NCBI GenBank assembly: GCA_021846515.1
Contig: JAJZWU010000003.1
Span: forward strand, 27,266 to 91,265
Direction of reading: 5' to 3'
DNA from: Actinomycetes bacterium
GTDB taxonomy: Bacteria > Actinomycetota > Acidimicrobiia > Acidimicrobiales > JAMCPL01
Length of the DNA stretch: 64,000 bases
The notes beneath the pieces were generated by a model that worked only from the letters and a program-made list of their open reading frames with translations, searched no databases and was not told where the DNA came from. Shown one piece after another: positions 60,939-64,000 of the stretch (positions are counted from its first letter, which is position 1; each line of letters starts with the position of its first letter). Made by a program: the position numbers and the translations under genes.

Positions 60939-62381
60939 TCAAACACCATCAAGAAACTCTCGCAGAGCATGCGCTGCGTCAGGTTTGCGCAGCTTGGCAA
61001 GTGTCTTGATCTCTATCTGGCGAATGCGTTCTCTGGTGACCATGCATGCTCTGGCAACCTCCTCCAGGGTGTGTCGCCTACCGTCGTCGGTGAGACCGAA
61101 TCTTAGCTCCATTACCTTACGATCTCGCTCAGGGAGAGTGTTTAGGGCATCTATTACGGCATCGTGCAGCATTGTCCGTGTTGCCAGGTCATCCGGATCC
61201 TCATTTCTCCTATCTTCAATTATATCAGATAGCGACATTTCTTGATCGCCTATAGGCTGTTCGAGAGAGAGAGTATCCTGGTTCATACGCAGTATTTCCC
61301 TGATTCGTTCAGGATGCATAAATAGTTTTGCCGAGAGCTCATCCAGGGTGGGCTCTCGGCCCTGATCCTGCAGCCATTGACGCTGTGTTTGCAATACCCT
61401 ATTCATTTCCTCTACTACGTGTACAGGGATCCTTATAGTGCGGGATTGATCTGCTAATGCCCGGATAATTGATTGGCGTATCCACCAAGTGGCATAGGTT
61501 GAGAATTTGAAGCCCTTACGGTAATCAAACTTCTCTACTGCCCTCATCAGACCCAGGTTACCCTCCTGTATCAGGTCGAGAAAGGCCAGACCGCGGTTCC
61601 GGTACCGCTTTGCTATGGAGACTACAAGGCGCAGGTTTGCTTCTATGAGAGCATCTTTGGCCTGGTTGCCCAATTGGATTTGCCTGATAAGTACTTTGAC
61701 TTGTTTTTGGGGAATATTAGGATACCTGCTTATGCCTGTGTCCTGGTCTTTCTCCTCTTCTTCGTTCTCCAGGGGAATACCCAGTTTCTCAGCAGCCTTC
61801 CTTCCTGCTTCTATCTGGCGTGCAAGCGCTACTTCCAGTTCGGAATCGAGAAGTTTTACCTTGCCAATGTCTCGTAAGTACTCCCGTATAGCGTCCGCTC
61901 CGGCTCCCTGCATGTCCGGGATAGAGCCGAAAGATCGATCAAAAGCTCTGTCTTGTGGGTGGTCGATACTTTCCGAATCTAGGTCATAAGAGTTGATTTG
62001 TGTTTTTTCGGTACCGGCACGACGCCCTGTTTTATTTGTTGCTGTTTTTGCTGCCGATTCAGTTGTTGGCTTGGTCTTTTCGGTCGTTGCCCTTGCTGCT
62101 GTTCTTGTGGTCGGTCTGGTCTGCCTGGCTGTCGGCCCTGCTGTTTTTGCTGCCGATTCAGTTGTTGGCTTGCTTGTCTTTCTCGCGGCTTTCTCGTTCG
62201 TTGCCCTAACCGCCGGCTTTGAGGATTTTACTTCCGCCTGTTTTTCAGCATCTCGATTGGTGGAGTTAGCGGCAGAGCCGGAGGATTTTACTCTTCTAGA
62301 CTTCATTGGTTGAGTGTCAGTGCCTTGCGTCCTACTTAAGTTACGGTTTTGATTCTCTGGTATAGTCCCTTTTCCCATCAT
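60939..62381 (-). CDS. rpoD: Primary-type RNA polymerase sigma factor (RpoD/SigA) with Lys/Thr/Ala-rich repetitive N-terminus
   Basis: YLRDIGKVKLL, EANLRLVVSIAKRY, DLIQEGNLGLMRAVEKFD, TYATWWIRQ, IRIPVHVVE, and TLEEVARACMVTRERIRQIE. The ATG abuts the dnaG stop (TAGATG). Confidence 0.9.
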   Translation of the reverse strand: MMGKGTIPENQNRNLSRTQGTDTQPMKSRRVKSSGSAANSTNRDAEKQAEVKSSKPAVRATNEKAARKTSKPTTESAAKTAGPTARQTRPTTRTAARATTEKTKPTTESAAKTATNKTGRRAGTEKTQINSYDLDSESIDHPQDRAFDRSFGSIPDMQGAGADAIREYLRDIGKVKLLDSELEVALARQIEAGRKAAEKLGIPLENEEEEKDQDTGISRYPNIPQKQVKVLIRQIQLGNQAKDALIEANLRLVVSIAKRYRNRGLAFLDLIQEGNLGLMRAVEKFDYRKGFKFSTYATWWIRQSIIRALADQSRTIRIPVHVVEEMNRVLQTQRQWLQDQGREPTLDELSAKLFMHPERIREILRMNQDTLSLEQPIGDQEMSLSDIIEDRRNEDPDDLATRTMLHDAVIDALNTLPERDRKVMELRFGLTDDGRRHTLEEVARACMVTRERIRQIEIKTLAKLRKPDAAHALREFLDGV

Positions 62382-64000
62382 CTAGTTATTGTCTTGTAAA
62401 AGCAATTTTATCAGTTGTTTGAGCGGTTCGATGTTGTCACCATCTCCTCCTAAGGTTTCCAGAGTTGTCTTTATACTTGCTATATATTGTGCGGCCTTTC
62501 CGGCATCCCTGCCATTCATTCTCACTTGTGCCTGGACATCCTGTATGCATCGTTCTGCCGACCTCCTTGCAAGCTGGCTGATGACACCCAATGGAGACGA
62601 CTTGGGATCTTCGAGGGCCAGCCTGTTCAGCAACTTTGCTACAGTACGATTTTCGGTAGATGCACTGTCTATTGCCTGCCGAAATGTCTGTGAATTGGCA
62701 AGGAGGTTATAGGCCTCACGTAACATATCGTTATAGAATAAATACCCTTCAATAAACTCGGCTATTTCTTCTGGGTGGTGTATTGCTATTCTGAGCGCCT
62801 CCAACTCGGCTCGGTATTGAGGATTGGAATATATGCTTGCAACAGCGTCATTTATATCTCTGTCAATCTCTTCGTCATTGCTATAGAAATCCCCATCCGC
62901 CTCGTTTCTTGCACCGCTATCTCTTTTACCTCCGACCCCGGTGTAGACCCTTCTGTTGTCACCTCTCGTGCCGCCATCCTCTGTAGCATCACTACCTCTG
63001 CCATTTCCACGGTAGCGGTCACTCTCCCCTGAACCGCCAGCGCCACCCCCTCCGGCGCCTTTGGGCCCGATTCCTCCCTTGGCTGCCCGGCGAAGTGATT
63101 GGTTACCGGTTTGAGATCCCCTGGTTCTTAGCGGCGGATGTGAATTGCGGCTGCGGCTGTTTACCGCTTCAAGCTCTTTTCTCAGCGTGTTTACATATAT
63201 CTTGCAACGATCTGAAATAAGCATGAGGTACTGATCCTGCAGTAGGATACCGGTATGGGTAGATAGGACTTCCAGCGCCGCCGCCGCCGCTCTTGCCCGA
63301 CCTTCCGGGTGAGACAGGTCGTGTGCTGCAAAGATTCTTTCCAGGCGGAAACGCGTAAAAGGAACTGCCCGCTCTACTGCATCACGTAGAGCCTGCGGGT
63401 CAGAGAGAGACAACTCTGCCGGGTCGTAACCTTCAGGTATTGCCGCCACCGATACGTTCACGTCGCTATCTCGCTCCCACTGATGGAAACGTTCCTGTCC
63501 GGCCTGTCCGGCCTGATCCGCGTCGTAAGCCAGTACGATATTTGATGTGAAACGCTGGAGGAGCTTGAAATGCTCCTCGCTCAGCGCTGTTCCACAGGTT
63601 GCTACTGCCCTGGGTAGCCCCGATTTGAAAAATGATATGACATCTGTGTAGCCTTCGCAGATAATTACCTGATTGGAGCTGACCATGTCTGCTTTTGCGA
63701 GGTGGAGCCCGTATAGGGTCTTTTTTTTCAAATAAAGCAGGGTTTCCGGCGAGTTCTTGTACTTTGCCTCTTCCGATCCCGGAAGCGCTCTTCCTCCCAT
63801 GGCAATAGGACGACCTCCGGAATCGTAAATTGGGAAGATTATCCGGTTACGCATGAAATCCTGTTGCCTCCCAGCCTTATTTACAAAACCCAGTCCAGAC
63901 GCTTTCAGCACAGCTCCGGGTATCTTCAGGTGCTTGGCTAACGTATCCCATTCGTCAGGTGCAAAACCGAGGTAGAACATGTCTATGATATCGTCATCAA
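62382..64000 (-). CDS. dnaG: DNA primase, 5'-truncated by the window edge
   Basis: The frame is open to nt 64000 (..DDDIIDMFYLGFAPDEWD..). Toprim: VIICEGYTDVISF and LAYDADQAGQ. A Gly/Arg-rich insert lies at about 62871-63158. The N-terminal zinc-finger region lies outside the window. Confidence 0.85.
   Translation of the reverse strand, partial: DDDIIDMFYLGFAPDEWDTLAKHLKIPGAVLKASGLGFVNKAGRQQDFMRNRIIFPIYDSGGRPIAMGGRALPGSEEAKYKNSPETLLYLKKKTLYGLHLAKADMVSSNQVIICEGYTDVISFFKSGLPRAVATCGTALSEEHFKLLQRFTSNIVLAYDADQAGQAGQERFHQWERDSDVNVSVAAIPEGYDPAELSLSDPQALRDAVERAVPFTRFRLERIFAAHDLSHPEGRARAAAAALEVLSTHTGILLQDQYLMLISDRCKIYVNTLRKELEAVNSRSRNSHPPLRTRGSQTGNQSLRRAAKGGIGPKGAGGGGAGGSGESDRYRGNGRGSDATEDGGTRGDNRRVYTGVGGKRDSGARNEADGDFYSNDEEIDRDINDAVASIYSNPQYRAELEALRIAIHHPEEIAEFIEGYLFYNDMLREAYNLLANSQTFRQAIDSASTENRTVAKLLNRLALEDPKSSPLGVISQLARRSAERCIQDVQAQVRMNGRDAGKAAQYIASIKTTLETLGGDGDNIEPLKQLIKLLLQDNN

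Overview
This 64-kb chromosomal window has mixed housekeeping and accessory content. No searches were run: every family call rests on motifs read by eye from the ORF translations, and all repeats and hairpins were read directly from the DNA.

The source is probably a monoderm, Actinomycetota-like genome. That is an inference from the PafB/PafC-type WYL pair, the gene order tadZ-tadA-tadB-tadC-flp-tadE, dnaG-rpoD, prs-rplY-pth, lgt, and a mycobacterial-style citE/maoC/fadE cluster.

Recognisable housekeeping genes:
- Translation, replication and repair: prs, rplY(ctc), pth, mutM, rnc, an ACP-like gene, rpoD and dnaG (which runs off the 3' edge of the window).
- Metabolism and envelope: ilvE, cimA, lgt, rmlC, oligopeptidase B, two acyl-CoA dehydrogenases, and a GT2/acyltransferase/epimerase envelope trio.
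- Regulation: a LuxR-type response regulator with a HisKA_3 kinase.
- Three tRNAs: Lys-UUU, Asn-GUU, and an atypical short-variable-arm tRNA with anticodon UAA.

Regions most worth a second look:
1. A 13-gene co-directional Tad/Flp pilus operon (about 9.07-21.7 kb, minus strand). It is extended by a 1124-aa membrane LysM plus SARP/BTAD-like protein and a coupled lytic transglycosylase. It is followed by a non-canonical SSB paralogue that is translationally coupled to an unknown 106-aa ORF.
2. A helicase-less MobF/TrwC-type relaxase behind a 170-bp AT-rich spacer, directly downstream of the PafBC-like pair.
3. A lower-GC three-gene cassette (TrpF-like isomerase, QW-motif membrane protein, SAM methyltransferase) wedged between the atypical tRNA and citE.
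4. An archaeal-type riboflavin synthase.
5. Many short local tandem duplications (15-165 bp periods), both inside genes and at gene ends.

I found no rRNA, CRISPR array, integrase or transposase.
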